Shown here one piece after another: positions 1 through 9,749 of a stretch of 64,000 nucleotides of DNA. The stretch comes from a virus. Where the stretch lies: IMG/VR virus record IMGVR_UViG_3300027788_001769, positions 1 through 64,000 of that record, one strand, 5' to 3'. Each line of letters starts with the position of its first letter. Positions within the stretch are counted from its first letter, which is position 1. The position numbers were made by a program, and so were the translations under genes. The notes under the pieces were generated by a model. That model ran no database searches. It worked only from the letters and a program-made list of their open reading frames with translations, and was not told where the DNA came from.

Positions 1-2227
1 CATCTATTGTTTGTCTATTTTTTACATTAATTAATATTTTCCAAAATTGGTCCGCAAATTCTACAAATGGCATTTTAGAAGCATCTATCTGAATTTGTGT
101 CCAGTCTGGCCCCCCTATATTTGGGTATGGGGCACTTAAAGCATCTTTACCAAAAGGACATCCAAATTTATTAGATAAGTTCCACACATCCCAGGTTAGA
201 CCTTGTCCAACATTTAAAAATAAATCAACATTTTTTACATTAAGAACTAATCTTTCATCATCGGTAAAATAACGAGTCCCTCTATCTCTAAAACTATAAA
301 GTCTTTTACTTTTTTCATTTTCCTTATATACCCAAGATTTTTTATTGTCTTTTGTTCTAGTTATATCAAACCCTAAATTTGTATCAGGAAACTTCCTATA
401 TAGATTTAAATAAGGTTCACCGTATGTGAACTTATTTAATTTTGTTTTAACACTAGGGGTATTACCAGTAAAAACAGAACTTTCAATATCCACCATTTCT
501 TTTCCTCGGTGTTCAACAGTTTCTTCAAACCATCCAGCTCCTGCTTGGAAGAACCCGTCTTTATTAAATGTCGGAGCTAACGGATACCCTTCTGAGTTAA
601 CTGGGAATTGTGCTCTAGTAGCTGTAGTATCTACACTAACTAATTCTGTTCCAAAAGTATAACCTGTAACAATAACTGGTGGGAAGGTAGGTGTTGAGGC
701 TGAAAATAATTGGTCTTTAACAACTATTTCTTCGTAGTAAGTACCTCCAGATATAACTGCTATCCTTTGGTTAAACTTATTCATGTCTATTTTTTGTCCC
801 GCAACATACACGTGTTCATTAAACTCAATTAGTGCTTCAGGGGCACCCACAAACCTCATTAAAAATTCTATTGCTTTTCTAGTACCTTTAGATTTAAAAA
901 GGTAAGCAGTGTTAACTAATAACCTCCTATAAAGTTCACTATTTAATGCTGTAGGAGTTGGGGATTGTGCTTTACCAGAATATTCAGATTTACCTCTTTT
1001 TAAGACTGACTCTAAAAACCCTTCTGTTTCAATAGCTGAAGGTGTTTTCCAACCTAATGTATGTGCAAAGTTTTTTAATAGTTCATTAGGAACATTGTTA
1101 TTAGAATCATACGTTACATTGGTCATGTAAGCTAATCCTTCAATATATGTTTTAATACTATCAAAACTTCTACCATATATTTTCAATATTTGGTCCACCT
1201 TTTCATCTTCAGTGTCAAATTCTTTAAAAGCAGCAGTTGTTAAAAATCTAGAAACTAAGTTTGTTTTATACGCATCAAAATTATCAGCTATTTCCAATAA
1301 TTTACCTAAATAAACATTAAATGAAGCTCCTGTAATGACTAAATTCCAATTATTACTGGATGGCCAAGTAAGTGAAGTTGTATTTTGCACAAATTTCCCA
1401 CTGTCGGTCTGTGTTGGTATGTCAAAATTAGCTGTATATATCGGGGTTGTGTCTCTTTCTATAATAAACTTTTCAACATCTTCTAAGTTATCGAATATTT
1501 CTTCAGTTTCTTTTGTATTAGGTTTTATAAAGAAGTTTTCTGTTGTTGTGGTTTGACCAGTAAATGGATTTCCGTACACTTCAACTGATAACGTATCTGT
1601 TACAGTGTTACCAGTAGTTGGTGACATGAAGGTTATTGGGTACTCTTCTTCTCGTATAAAAAGTGAATATTTGTTATAAAATTGTGTAAAATTTCTAACA
1701 GGGTTTAATTCTTTATCTGTATATATTTTACCTACCTTTGTAAAATCAATTCCAAAAGGGTTATGAACATTTAATAACTCTAAATTAAGAGTAGTTTCAT
1801 TTTCTATAGCATCAAAAACTATATTTGTGGCAGTATTACCAGTTAAAAAATTTTTTCTTAGTTTGGTAAATACTAGTGCAGCTGGGAAGTTCTTAATTAC
1901 GTTTTGTACTGCTACCCTTAGTCTGTCTCGTAAAGACCCATATAAAACAAAATTACTAACCTTACTTCTATCGTAATTTATAAACACCTCCAAACTATTA
2001 GAGGATACTTTTCTAGCCTCTTCTGTTGAGGTAAAATTAAGTGTAGATAAGGTTATAGGTTCTGAAAAGTTACCTAAAGAAAATTCCCTACTGTCTTTAG
2101 CCCTAACTCCGGAATTTATGCCAAAATTACCTAGTGTAAATTGTGAGGAGCCATCAGTAAACTGTCTACCTACTAAGTTATCTCCAAAGGTATCACTACC
2201 TTTTCCTATGTTGTTACCGTTAGCCAT
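1..2227 (-). CDS. Baseplate wedge-like structural protein (P2 gpI / T4 gp7-like region), 3'-truncated by the window edge
   Basis: Not in the ORF track because it runs off the edge. ATG at 2227 (MANGNNIGKGSDTFGDNLVG...); spot-checked segments are in the same frame down to position 2 (...FWKILINVKNRQTID). Contains RRLLVNTAYLFKSKGTRKAIEFLMRF, typical of P2 I-like baseplate proteins. Confidence 0.65.
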   Translation of the reverse strand, partial: MANGNNIGKGSDTFGDNLVGRQFTDGSSQFTLGNFGINSGVRAKDSREFSLGNFSEPITLSTLNFTSTEEARKVSSNSLEVFINYDRSKVSNFVLYGSLRDRLRVAVQNVIKNFPAALVFTKLRKNFLTGNTATNIVFDAIENETTLNLELLNVHNPFGIDFTKVGKIYTDKELNPVRNFTQFYNKYSLFIREEEYPITFMSPTTGNTVTDTLSVEVYGNPFTGQTTTTENFFIKPNTKETEEIFDNLEDVEKFIIERDTTPIYTANFDIPTQTDSGKFVQNTTSLTWPSSNNWNLVITGASFNVYLGKLLEIADNFDAYKTNLVSRFLTTAAFKEFDTEDEKVDQILKIYGRSFDSIKTYIEGLAYMTNVTYDSNNNVPNELLKNFAHTLGWKTPSAIETEGFLESVLKRGKSEYSGKAQSPTPTALNSELYRRLLVNTAYLFKSKGTRKAIEFLMRFVGAPEALIEFNEHVYVAGQKIDMNKFNQRIAVISGGTYYEEIVVKDQLFSASTPTFPPVIVTGYTFGTELVSVDTTATRAQFPVNSEGYPLAPTFNKDGFFQAGAGWFEETVEHRGKEMVDIESSVFTGNTPSVKTKLNKFTYGEPYLNLYRKFPDTNLGFDITRTKDNKKSWVYKENEKSKRLYSFRDRGTRYFTDDERLVLNVKNVDLFLNVGQGLTWDVWNLSNKFGCPFGKDALSAPYPNIGGPDWTQIQIDASKMPFVEFADQFWKILINVKNRQTID

Positions 2228-2230
2228 ATA

Positions 2231-3136
2231 TTAAGCAATATTATTGAAAGCTTTTGTAAAGTCTATATTATCTCCTCTGTCTTGTCTTACCTCATATAGT
2301 GGTTGTCCAAACTGGTCTCTTGTTTCAAATAGATTATATTGTTTATAAATATTATCATTACCATCGTAAACGGTATAAATCCCATCTGACAATGATTTAG
2401 TTTGATTACCGTACAACGCTATACCTAAACTATCAACATCATAGTCAACCATTTCTATTTCTACACTTAAAGGATTAAAAAAAGTATTACTTATTATTAC
2501 ATTTTGTGCTGGTTGACCAATATATGGTAAAGCAGTAGGTTTGTTACTTGGTGCTGATGTTGGTGTTAGGGTAACGAATAATAAATTACTTCCCCCATTG
2601 ATATACCTATATCTAATAGCTTTTTGGTTACTATTAGTTAAATTTTGTGTTATTGGTTCACAGAAAAATGATGAAGTGACAATTCTGTAAAAATTAGGGA
2701 TTTTAGACCCATCAGAATTTAAATACTCAACCCTAAACCCAACTAACCCATTATTCACAAATTTATTTCTCTGTGATGCAGGTACGTTATTTATATCAAA
2801 AACTAAACCTTTAACATTTGGTAGTGATGATAACACCCCACAATCAGTAATGGAAGTTCTAACCTCTAAAGGTTTTACATATAAAGTATATATTCCTTTC
2901 TCACTAAATTCATTTGCTGGTAACTTTAGATTGTATAACCCACCTAAAAGTTCTATACCATCACCACCATCAGTATTACTATTGTGGTAATAAGGTGTTA
3001 GTATGCTTGCCGCATCTAATTTTTTTACTGTAGCTCCCTCTACTGAGTCTCTAGCGGGAGTATAGACCATTACTACATCAACATCTTCTGGAGATACATC
3101 CGCGGGTCTTTTTATTCCATATGTTCCTAAAGCCAT
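2231..3136 (-). CDS. Hypothetical virion structural protein (baseplate cluster)
   Basis: 301 aa ORF tightly packed in the baseplate operon; beta-rich composition; no catalytic motif seen. Confidence 0.55.
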   Translation of the reverse strand: MALGTYGIKRPADVSPEDVDVVMVYTPARDSVEGATVKKLDAASILTPYYHNSNTDGGDGIELLGGLYNLKLPANEFSEKGIYTLYVKPLEVRTSITDCGVLSSLPNVKGLVFDINNVPASQRNKFVNNGLVGFRVEYLNSDGSKIPNFYRIVTSSFFCEPITQNLTNSNQKAIRYRYINGGSNLLFVTLTPTSAPSNKPTALPYIGQPAQNVIISNTFFNPLSVEIEMVDYDVDSLGIALYGNQTKSLSDGIYTVYDGNDNIYKQYNLFETRDQFGQPLYEVRQDRGDNIDFTKAFNNIA

Positions 3137-3146
3137 ATTTTATTTA

Positions 3147-5432
3147 TTATCCTTCTTTTTTTATGTTATAATAACCGTAACCGTAATTTTCTAAACCACC
3201 TATCGTTTTAACTTCACCTAATCTTTGGTTTGGTGAAAGGACGGATTGCTTACCTCTTTCAATAAATACATCCGATTGTATTTCTGTTGGTTGACAAACG
3301 TTGATTAATACCTCTTCTTTAGTTAATGGTTCCATACATAACTCAATTGGGCTACCATCTAAAAAATTTGTACCTATTAGTGGGTAGTCAGTTATATATT
3401 CACAAGACCCATCATCTATAATTGCGGTTGGGTCGTAGTTAATAGCGTTAGGGTCTGTACAACCATTAGTTGGGTATAGACAACTTCCATCATCAGAGGT
3501 AGCAAATGGGTTATAGTTTAAAGCCATTGGGTCTGTGCATCCTGGACCTGTACCTAGGATATCGTAATCACATACTATCGCACTTGGTACCACTGGGTCC
3601 CCTAAAATAAATGGTGCCCCAGAATCCGTAAATAAGTAGTTACTAGCTAATGGGTCAATACATCCAAAGTCATAAGTACACTGACTTTGGTCATGCACAG
3701 TAACTAAATTAGCTAAATTAAAATTATTTGCGGGGAATCCTGGGTACAATGGGGAAGGCCAAGTACCACCCGCTAATTGTCCACCATCATCCATACAACC
3801 ACTAGTAACATTTAAAGAACAACTTCCATCATCAACTAGTGTTATGTTTGCAACTGGAAAACCTCCAGTACAGTTACCACCATTAACCGAGTTACCCCCG
3901 TACCCACCTACATCATAAACATCATTAGGGTCAGTACTACACACAGCGTAATTGGTTGGGTCACAACAAAAATAATTGTTATTGCCATTTATAATGGCAG
4001 CTGGGTCTGTACATCCATATACCGTCCACTCACAACAAGTCGTATCACCGAAAGAACCAACTGATGGTTCTACACCTGCACAATCTTGAGTATTTATAGG
4101 ACTAAAATTATTTGCAAAAACATTAGCTATCTGACTTGAGTCCATACACCCAGCATTATTACACACACAAGGTGCGTTTGTAAGGTTCCCTGGTGAACCA
4201 AACACAGGACTAGTTTCGTCACCACCCTCATAAATTTTAGATATGCTACACATAGAACCCTGTAAATTGTTAGTATCAGTAAATGTACCATTTGTTAAAC
4301 CACACGCATTAAATATTGCCGTTGTACAACCAGGATTAGTAGAGGTTTGTGGACACGCTCCTGGACTGGAACAAGGTATGGGAGGAATGTTATTATCTAT
4401 AACCATATTTCCTGTAGTAGGGTCAAGCACATACGTATATTGATAACACCTCATACAATCAATATCTGGTTCCCAGTTTGCATTTGCTCCAATATCAAAT
4501 AAACCACCACTACTTACAGACCAAGTACCCTGATTTTGGTTGGGTGTTGGGTTAGTAACAGGGTTGTAGGCTAAATCATTTGGTAGTATATTATTGGTTG
4601 CTGGTTGGTTTAGATAGTTGTCAGACCCAATAAAGTTACCAGCACAATCTAGTGAGGCTCCGGCATTAAAACTTCCAAATTGGGGGTCTGGACATCCAAA
4701 ACTTAGGTAACTACAACAAGCATCATAACCATTTTGACCTCTTGCCGCTGTTAAAGGTCCTTTTCTTCTCCAATAAGGTAACTTAGAAGTAGGATGGGTC
4801 CTACTATCACTAGTTGTACTGTTTTGAGTATAAGGTATTCCATTCCAAGTACTGGTCCATCCATCAGCGTACACTAATTTAGGACCACTATTTTGTAATT
4901 GTCCACCACTATCTCCAGCTTGTGGTGGTTCACAATCAAAGTTTGCATTTCTATCAAAATTACTCATTTCTTGGTCACCCCCATACCCTAAAGGTAAACT
5001 AGTTAGATAATCACCGTTTGTTTGTATACAATTTACTAAACATGCACCATTAGGTGAACCACCTAAATAGGAATTAGGGTTAGTACATCCCACTTTCACT
5101 TCAAACGCACAATAATGCCATAAGTCTCCCCAACCTCCCCAAATAGAACTACATGCACGAGTATCAGAATAAAAATTACCAGAGGTGTGTTCTTGATTAC
5201 ACTGTAAGTCTATAGGACATCCTTTACAAGTACCTTTTAACCCAAATACTGTTTGGAAAGTTCGGTAGTACTCCGACTCTGCCCACGCACCAACATTTCC
5301 AACTCTACTCATCATGTCACAACACCACGCACCACCATTACTACATGAAGTAAAATCATCAGTCTTACTATTACTCATGCAATCACGGTTATTAAAACCA
5401 CAACAACTACCTGCTTCATTCCAATATGCCAT
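3147..5432 (-). CDS. Cys-rich repeat protein with GC(T/M)DPxAxNYxPxAxxDDGSC repeats; putative tail appendage/adhesin
   Basis: 761 aa, very Cys/Gly/Asn-rich; about 9 GCxD/GCxN repeats, the best copies being GCTDPMALNYNPFATSDDGSC and GCTDPNAINYDPTAIIDDGSC. Confidence 0.6.
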   Translation of the reverse strand: MAYWNEAGSCCGFNNRDCMSNSKTDDFTSCSNGGAWCCDMMSRVGNVGAWAESEYYRTFQTVFGLKGTCKGCPIDLQCNQEHTSGNFYSDTRACSSIWGGWGDLWHYCAFEVKVGCTNPNSYLGGSPNGACLVNCIQTNGDYLTSLPLGYGGDQEMSNFDRNANFDCEPPQAGDSGGQLQNSGPKLVYADGWTSTWNGIPYTQNSTTSDSRTHPTSKLPYWRRKGPLTAARGQNGYDACCSYLSFGCPDPQFGSFNAGASLDCAGNFIGSDNYLNQPATNNILPNDLAYNPVTNPTPNQNQGTWSVSSGGLFDIGANANWEPDIDCMRCYQYTYVLDPTTGNMVIDNNIPPIPCSSPGACPQTSTNPGCTTAIFNACGLTNGTFTDTNNLQGSMCSISKIYEGGDETSPVFGSPGNLTNAPCVCNNAGCMDSSQIANVFANNFSPINTQDCAGVEPSVGSFGDTTCCEWTVYGCTDPAAIINGNNNYFCCDPTNYAVCSTDPNDVYDVGGYGGNSVNGGNCTGGFPVANITLVDDGSCSLNVTSGCMDDGGQLAGGTWPSPLYPGFPANNFNLANLVTVHDQSQCTYDFGCIDPLASNYLFTDSGAPFILGDPVVPSAIVCDYDILGTGPGCTDPMALNYNPFATSDDGSCLYPTNGCTDPNAINYDPTAIIDDGSCEYITDYPLIGTNFLDGSPIELCMEPLTKEEVLINVCQPTEIQSDVFIERGKQSVLSPNQRLGEVKTIGGLENYGYGYYNIKKEG
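3400..3545 (-). repeat. Two tandem near-perfect GCTDP...DDGSC protein repeats
   Basis: Visible in the translation of 3147..5432; degenerate copies lie upstream in the gene. Confidence 0.8.
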
Positions 5433-5456
5433 TTTGTTTTATTTTAAAGTATTTGT

Positions 5457-7097
5457 TTATAGTTCTTTCCATACCGTTACGTATCCGTTATACTCTGTTC
5501 CTGTTTTTATTTTCCAATCTTGTGGGTTAAATCCTGGTGGTGTCGCTAAACACAAACCATAAGGTTCATTTAAGTCATTTATATAGTTTAGTTGTATTTC
5601 TCCAGAATAGTACCTTAAATCTATATTATTTGAATTTTCATATGTTTTATTTAATGTACCGTAAGTACTTTTTCCATCATAACGATAAAGTGCGTTTTGG
5701 TACGAAACCACGTCCGTAGTTGAGTATCCCACTCTTGCTGAATACATAGAATAATTATAGTTTTTGTTATTTGTCTCACCTAACCTCAAGTACAACCCAC
5801 CACAATAAGCTTGACATTCTGCCTCAGTACAAAACGATGGACTACTCTGGTTACTGGTAACGTAAGTTTCTGGTTCTGTACCTACTGGAACCATATATGT
5901 TTGTAAATTTGTAAGATTTCCTGAATTAGCCGGGTAATTACCCTCACCACTATCCAAATAGTCTTGTATTGTCCTACAGTCTACCCCCTGATGACATATG
6001 TAGTACTCTAGTTGTGGGTTTTCGTCACTGTTACAACCACTCGGTGAATTATTGGATGGTACGTCAGTACAACATTCATAATCTACATTATCAGCATTTA
6101 AACCAAAACTCATTGATTCGAAATAAGTAGAACCTCCACCATAATCAATATAATTTATATAGTTAATCGTATATGCGGTATATTGGTCATTGACCTCAGT
6201 TACTGTCCCAATAGAATTATCTGGTAAAGATATCTGACTACCAATAGGTGGTAAGTAATTAACACCATATTGAGCAAATAACTGCAATTGACTTGATTCA
6301 CTATATCCTGTAACTGGGAATGGTGTGTCAACATACCTTAACGATAAGTGGTCATACACATCTGGGTTACTATCTCCACTAAAAATGTAGTCTTGTTGGA
6401 TATAGTCACAACCTATGGGGTCACCCATATTTGGGGGTGCGAATGTTATGGAACCAAATACGTTAGGTATTATTGGATTTTCATAATAAGGTGTTTTAAT
6501 TACCTTTTTCATCCTAGTAGTTCCCCAAGGATTTGTTTGACTTAAAGTTACGGTGTTACCTGTTATGTTTGTAGTTAAGTAATTATGGCACACATTTGTT
6601 TGTGATGAATTAAGGTAGTCTGGTGGTGAACCATCACCCCAATCAAGTTTGTAGTCTGAAAAAGTTAGGAATCTTTTTAATTCTATTTCTGAAGTATTAA
6701 AAACACATATGGTTTGATTGTACCCAGTATAAACAAAATTATTTATTACGTCTCTTTGCATAATTAAACCATCCCATGGTGTATAAACACCTATATCGTT
6801 AAAATCTTGTGTAAGTAAGATTGGTAACGTATACCCGGTTAAACATGGTGGTGGTGGTGGTAGCTCATTAAAAGGTGTTAAGGTACTACTCCATTTTTTA
6901 CACCAAAAATCTTCTTTAATTGGTGCTTTCCAATAGTTACAAAAACCAGCATTATTAAAATAACAATTAGTACAATTTTGTGTTAAAGGGGCACCTCCTT
7001 GGTTTTGGTGGACATACCCATTAGGTAATGTAGGAGGTATAATTTCTTTACCTCCAGGGTAGAATTTTCTTCTTATTTTAAAATTATATTTTTCCAT
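5457..7097 (-). CDS. Structural protein with an N-terminal HiPIP-like Cys motif, a PKD-like domain and a C-terminal CBM5/12-like segment
   Basis: CTNC-x7-C-x11-WC at aa 42-66; PKD-like DWGDGS...HNY...TVTL; YSTTDVVSYQNALY...PPGFNPQDW near the C-terminus. Confidence 0.5.
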   Translation of the reverse strand: MEKYNFKIRRKFYPGGKEIIPPTLPNGYVHQNQGGAPLTQNCTNCYFNNAGFCNYWKAPIKEDFWCKKWSSTLTPFNELPPPPPCLTGYTLPILLTQDFNDIGVYTPWDGLIMQRDVINNFVYTGYNQTICVFNTSEIELKRFLTFSDYKLDWGDGSPPDYLNSSQTNVCHNYLTTNITGNTVTLSQTNPWGTTRMKKVIKTPYYENPIIPNVFGSITFAPPNMGDPIGCDYIQQDYIFSGDSNPDVYDHLSLRYVDTPFPVTGYSESSQLQLFAQYGVNYLPPIGSQISLPDNSIGTVTEVNDQYTAYTINYINYIDYGGGSTYFESMSFGLNADNVDYECCTDVPSNNSPSGCNSDENPQLEYYICHQGVDCRTIQDYLDSGEGNYPANSGNLTNLQTYMVPVGTEPETYVTSNQSSPSFCTEAECQAYCGGLYLRLGETNNKNYNYSMYSARVGYSTTDVVSYQNALYRYDGKSTYGTLNKTYENSNNIDLRYYSGEIQLNYINDLNEPYGLCLATPPGFNPQDWKIKTGTEYNGYVTVWKEL

Positions 7098-8083
7098 TAT
7101 ATATTATTATATTCATAGAACATTATTTCATTAGTCTCGTCCAATCCAACTCTAACACCTGAGTTATAATCATATACCTTATATGTGTAATTAATTTTTT
7201 CTAACTCTACTCTATAGTATAATCTTTTCTCTCTATCAAAATTATATTCGTTAGGTAGTGTGGGTGGTGGTGTATTAATCATTCTATGTACCTTACCCGT
7301 TCTACCATTGTAAAATTTACAAGACATAAAAAAAGTATTAATATTTAAAAATGTATTTTCTTTTAACCAATAAATGAAATAACCATCATTGTTGTCTAAC
7401 ATATCTAAATTAAATTTAGGTATTTGTATGAATTTTTCCCCATTTGGCCTACAATTATATATCCCATCCAATACCCCATCACAATTTAAATCAAACGTAG
7501 GTCTACTTATTTTAACCCCATTTATAGGGTTAAGAATTATAGACAAATATAGTTTTTGGGTGTCCCTATTAACGGTATCATAAAAATCTAATTTAAAAAA
7601 ACTTTTAACAAAATCTTTATTACTTTTATATAGTTCTGCTGGTGTATAATCCATAAAATCATAACCGTAATTAGTGTCGTCATATACTGGGGTTGTAATA
7701 GGCCAGTTTTCTGGTATACATGGTGCTACATCAGACATTCCACTTCCAGTTGGGGATGGCACTCCAATCCCTGTTGGGTAATTTAATATGTTGTTACTCC
7801 AAATTACATTGTTAGGGTCTGTTTTATCCGCAAATACAAAATTATAGAATATGTTTGGGCTTGGGTCGTCGCATCCAACAAGATTATCGTCACCCAAACA
7901 ATCACCATGACGATATTGTGTAGCCTCAAAATCTTTTGTTATATTAACTAGTTGAGCTACTTTTTCGTGCTCATATTCGTTAATTAGGTCTCCCCTTCCA
8001 GTCTCATCAAAACTAGTTTGGATAGGCACAATTATATTCCTATCTTTATCACTTATCTTTAGTCTTATCTTATTCACAGCCAT
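7097..8083 (-). CDS. Hypothetical virion structural protein
   Basis: 328 aa ORF overlapping its neighbours in the baseplate operon. Confidence 0.5.
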   Translation of the reverse strand: MAVNKIRLKISDKDRNIIVPIQTSFDETGRGDLINEYEHEKVAQLVNITKDFEATQYRHGDCLGDDNLVGCDDPSPNIFYNFVFADKTDPNNVIWSNNILNYPTGIGVPSPTGSGMSDVAPCIPENWPITTPVYDDTNYGYDFMDYTPAELYKSNKDFVKSFFKLDFYDTVNRDTQKLYLSIILNPINGVKISRPTFDLNCDGVLDGIYNCRPNGEKFIQIPKFNLDMLDNNDGYFIYWLKENTFLNINTFFMSCKFYNGRTGKVHRMINTPPPTLPNEYNFDREKRLYYRVELEKINYTYKVYDYNSGVRVGLDETNEIMFYEYNNI

Positions 8084-9749
8084 CTACCACCATATTTTCT
8101 ATTGTCGAGTCTGAACTCGTTATAGCACTTAAAGGAATTCCGTCAGCTAGTACTTGTCTTTGTAGGACAAAAGTAATGTCTTTTTTAGGGTAGTGTGCGT
8201 TATTTAAAAACGGATAGTCTACCCCAACACCACCCTCTATAAAACCAATTTCATATAAATCCCTCCATTTCCAAGTTTTTTCGTCTGTAAAATATGTAGA
8301 GTAATCCGGTACATCAACTACTTTATCTGGGTCTCCACTTTCTATGTAATTAGAAAATGACCTTATCTCCACTTCGTAATGTGGGGTGTACTGGAAACCT
8401 AAAGAATTTGAATTAAAAACCAGTGGGTTAAAATTCATGTGATGACGAATTTCACTAATCGTTCTTTCTTTTAATTCACTTTTATTGTACTCAGTAAAAT
8501 TACCTCTTAATTTGTCTCCTGGTTTTAGTGGTATTCCACTTGTTAAATTATTTCCGAATAGTTGACTTATAGGCCCTGAAGGTTGTGGGTCTGTAACAGT
8601 GTTTGTAGATAGTGAAGAATCAACAAAATCATATGGGAAATTCCAATCCCACCCATATTTTGGTGGGTAATCAAAATAACCTTTATTATTCCTTAAAAAT
8701 ACAGTTACATATAGTTTTGATAGAGGTCTTTGTAAGTAATCTTTGTATTGATTTACTTTAACATCTTTAGTGAAAGTGTAGACATATTGTGAGTACGCAT
8801 TTTTAGTTGAGGTTCTTTCAATGTAGTCTGGTGTGTTAGGTGCCTCTTCTAATTGTGAAACTTCATTAAAAACCCCTTCAGCAAACCCGCATTTGGTCAT
8901 AACGTTATCATCTATTCTTGTAATAATTTCATTTTGTACCACAAAGTAAGTAGATATTGCATCTATATTATTTAACGCAGTTTGTCTTCTCAACGTACCT
9001 AAACTTCCTTCTGTAATTGGGTTTAGTACCGTCGCTGGAACAACTATACTAACCACATTTTTATCTGACCCCCTTGTACCATCACCTAAACTATAAACTG
9101 GAAACACCACACTATTATTAGGAAAATTATATATTGGATTTTTGATGTTTACTTGGATATACTCTCCTTTACTTATTCCGTGGTCTACAGGACAATGAAG
9201 TTCTATTAAGTCTCTTCCGTTTACGTTTGTATTTTTAATAACAAAAGGGATTCCGTCGGAGGCCATAAAATTCATAGATATCCCACCATTTTCTGGTTGG
9301 AAGTACATCGGTTGGTTTTCTACACATTTTGATGGGTAACTTATATACACACCCCAATTAGTGGTGTGGGCAACACTTTCATCAACATCGTTTCTAATAA
9401 AATCAAATTCTTTTATCTGTGGGTACCCTACCCACCCTGTGACTGGACTAGCTGGTTCTCCGTTGGCACCTCTTAAATAAAATAAATCAAAAAATAATGT
9501 TGAAGCGTTTGGGGGAGCAGTTCCAAAATAAGGGTTGTCTAATAGGGGTTCTATTTTACCATACACCCGATAAACATCTGAATCTTGCCTTTCTTTATTA
9601 AACCTTACTGCAATATCTAAAGGTACTGACCTATCACCCTCAATCAATGGTACCTGTGTAGATTCTAAAGTAATTTGTAAGGTATTATCATTATCTGAAT
9701 TACCTTTAAATTGTTTACTACCTGGTATGATTTTTATGTTATTACTCAT
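8070..9749 (-). CDS. Hypothetical virion structural protein
   Basis: 559 aa ORF overlapping its neighbours in the baseplate operon. Confidence 0.5.
   Translation of the reverse strand: MSNNIKIIPGSKQFKGNSDNDNTLQITLESTQVPLIEGDRSVPLDIAVRFNKERQDSDVYRVYGKIEPLLDNPYFGTAPPNASTLFFDLFYLRGANGEPASPVTGWVGYPQIKEFDFIRNDVDESVAHTTNWGVYISYPSKCVENQPMYFQPENGGISMNFMASDGIPFVIKNTNVNGRDLIELHCPVDHGISKGEYIQVNIKNPIYNFPNNSVVFPVYSLGDGTRGSDKNVVSIVVPATVLNPITEGSLGTLRRQTALNNIDAISTYFVVQNEIITRIDDNVMTKCGFAEGVFNEVSQLEEAPNTPDYIERTSTKNAYSQYVYTFTKDVKVNQYKDYLQRPLSKLYVTVFLRNNKGYFDYPPKYGWDWNFPYDFVDSSLSTNTVTDPQPSGPISQLFGNNLTSGIPLKPGDKLRGNFTEYNKSELKERTISEIRHHMNFNPLVFNSNSLGFQYTPHYEVEIRSFSNYIESGDPDKVVDVPDYSTYFTDEKTWKWRDLYEIGFIEGGVGVDYPFLNNAHYPKKDITFVLQRQVLADGIPLSAITSSDSTIENMVVDGCE

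Noticed and set aside
3147-5432. Diversity-generating retroelement target
   Set aside because: No reverse transcriptase in the window, and no template/variable repeat pair differing at adenines was seen; the repeats are ordinary protein repeats.
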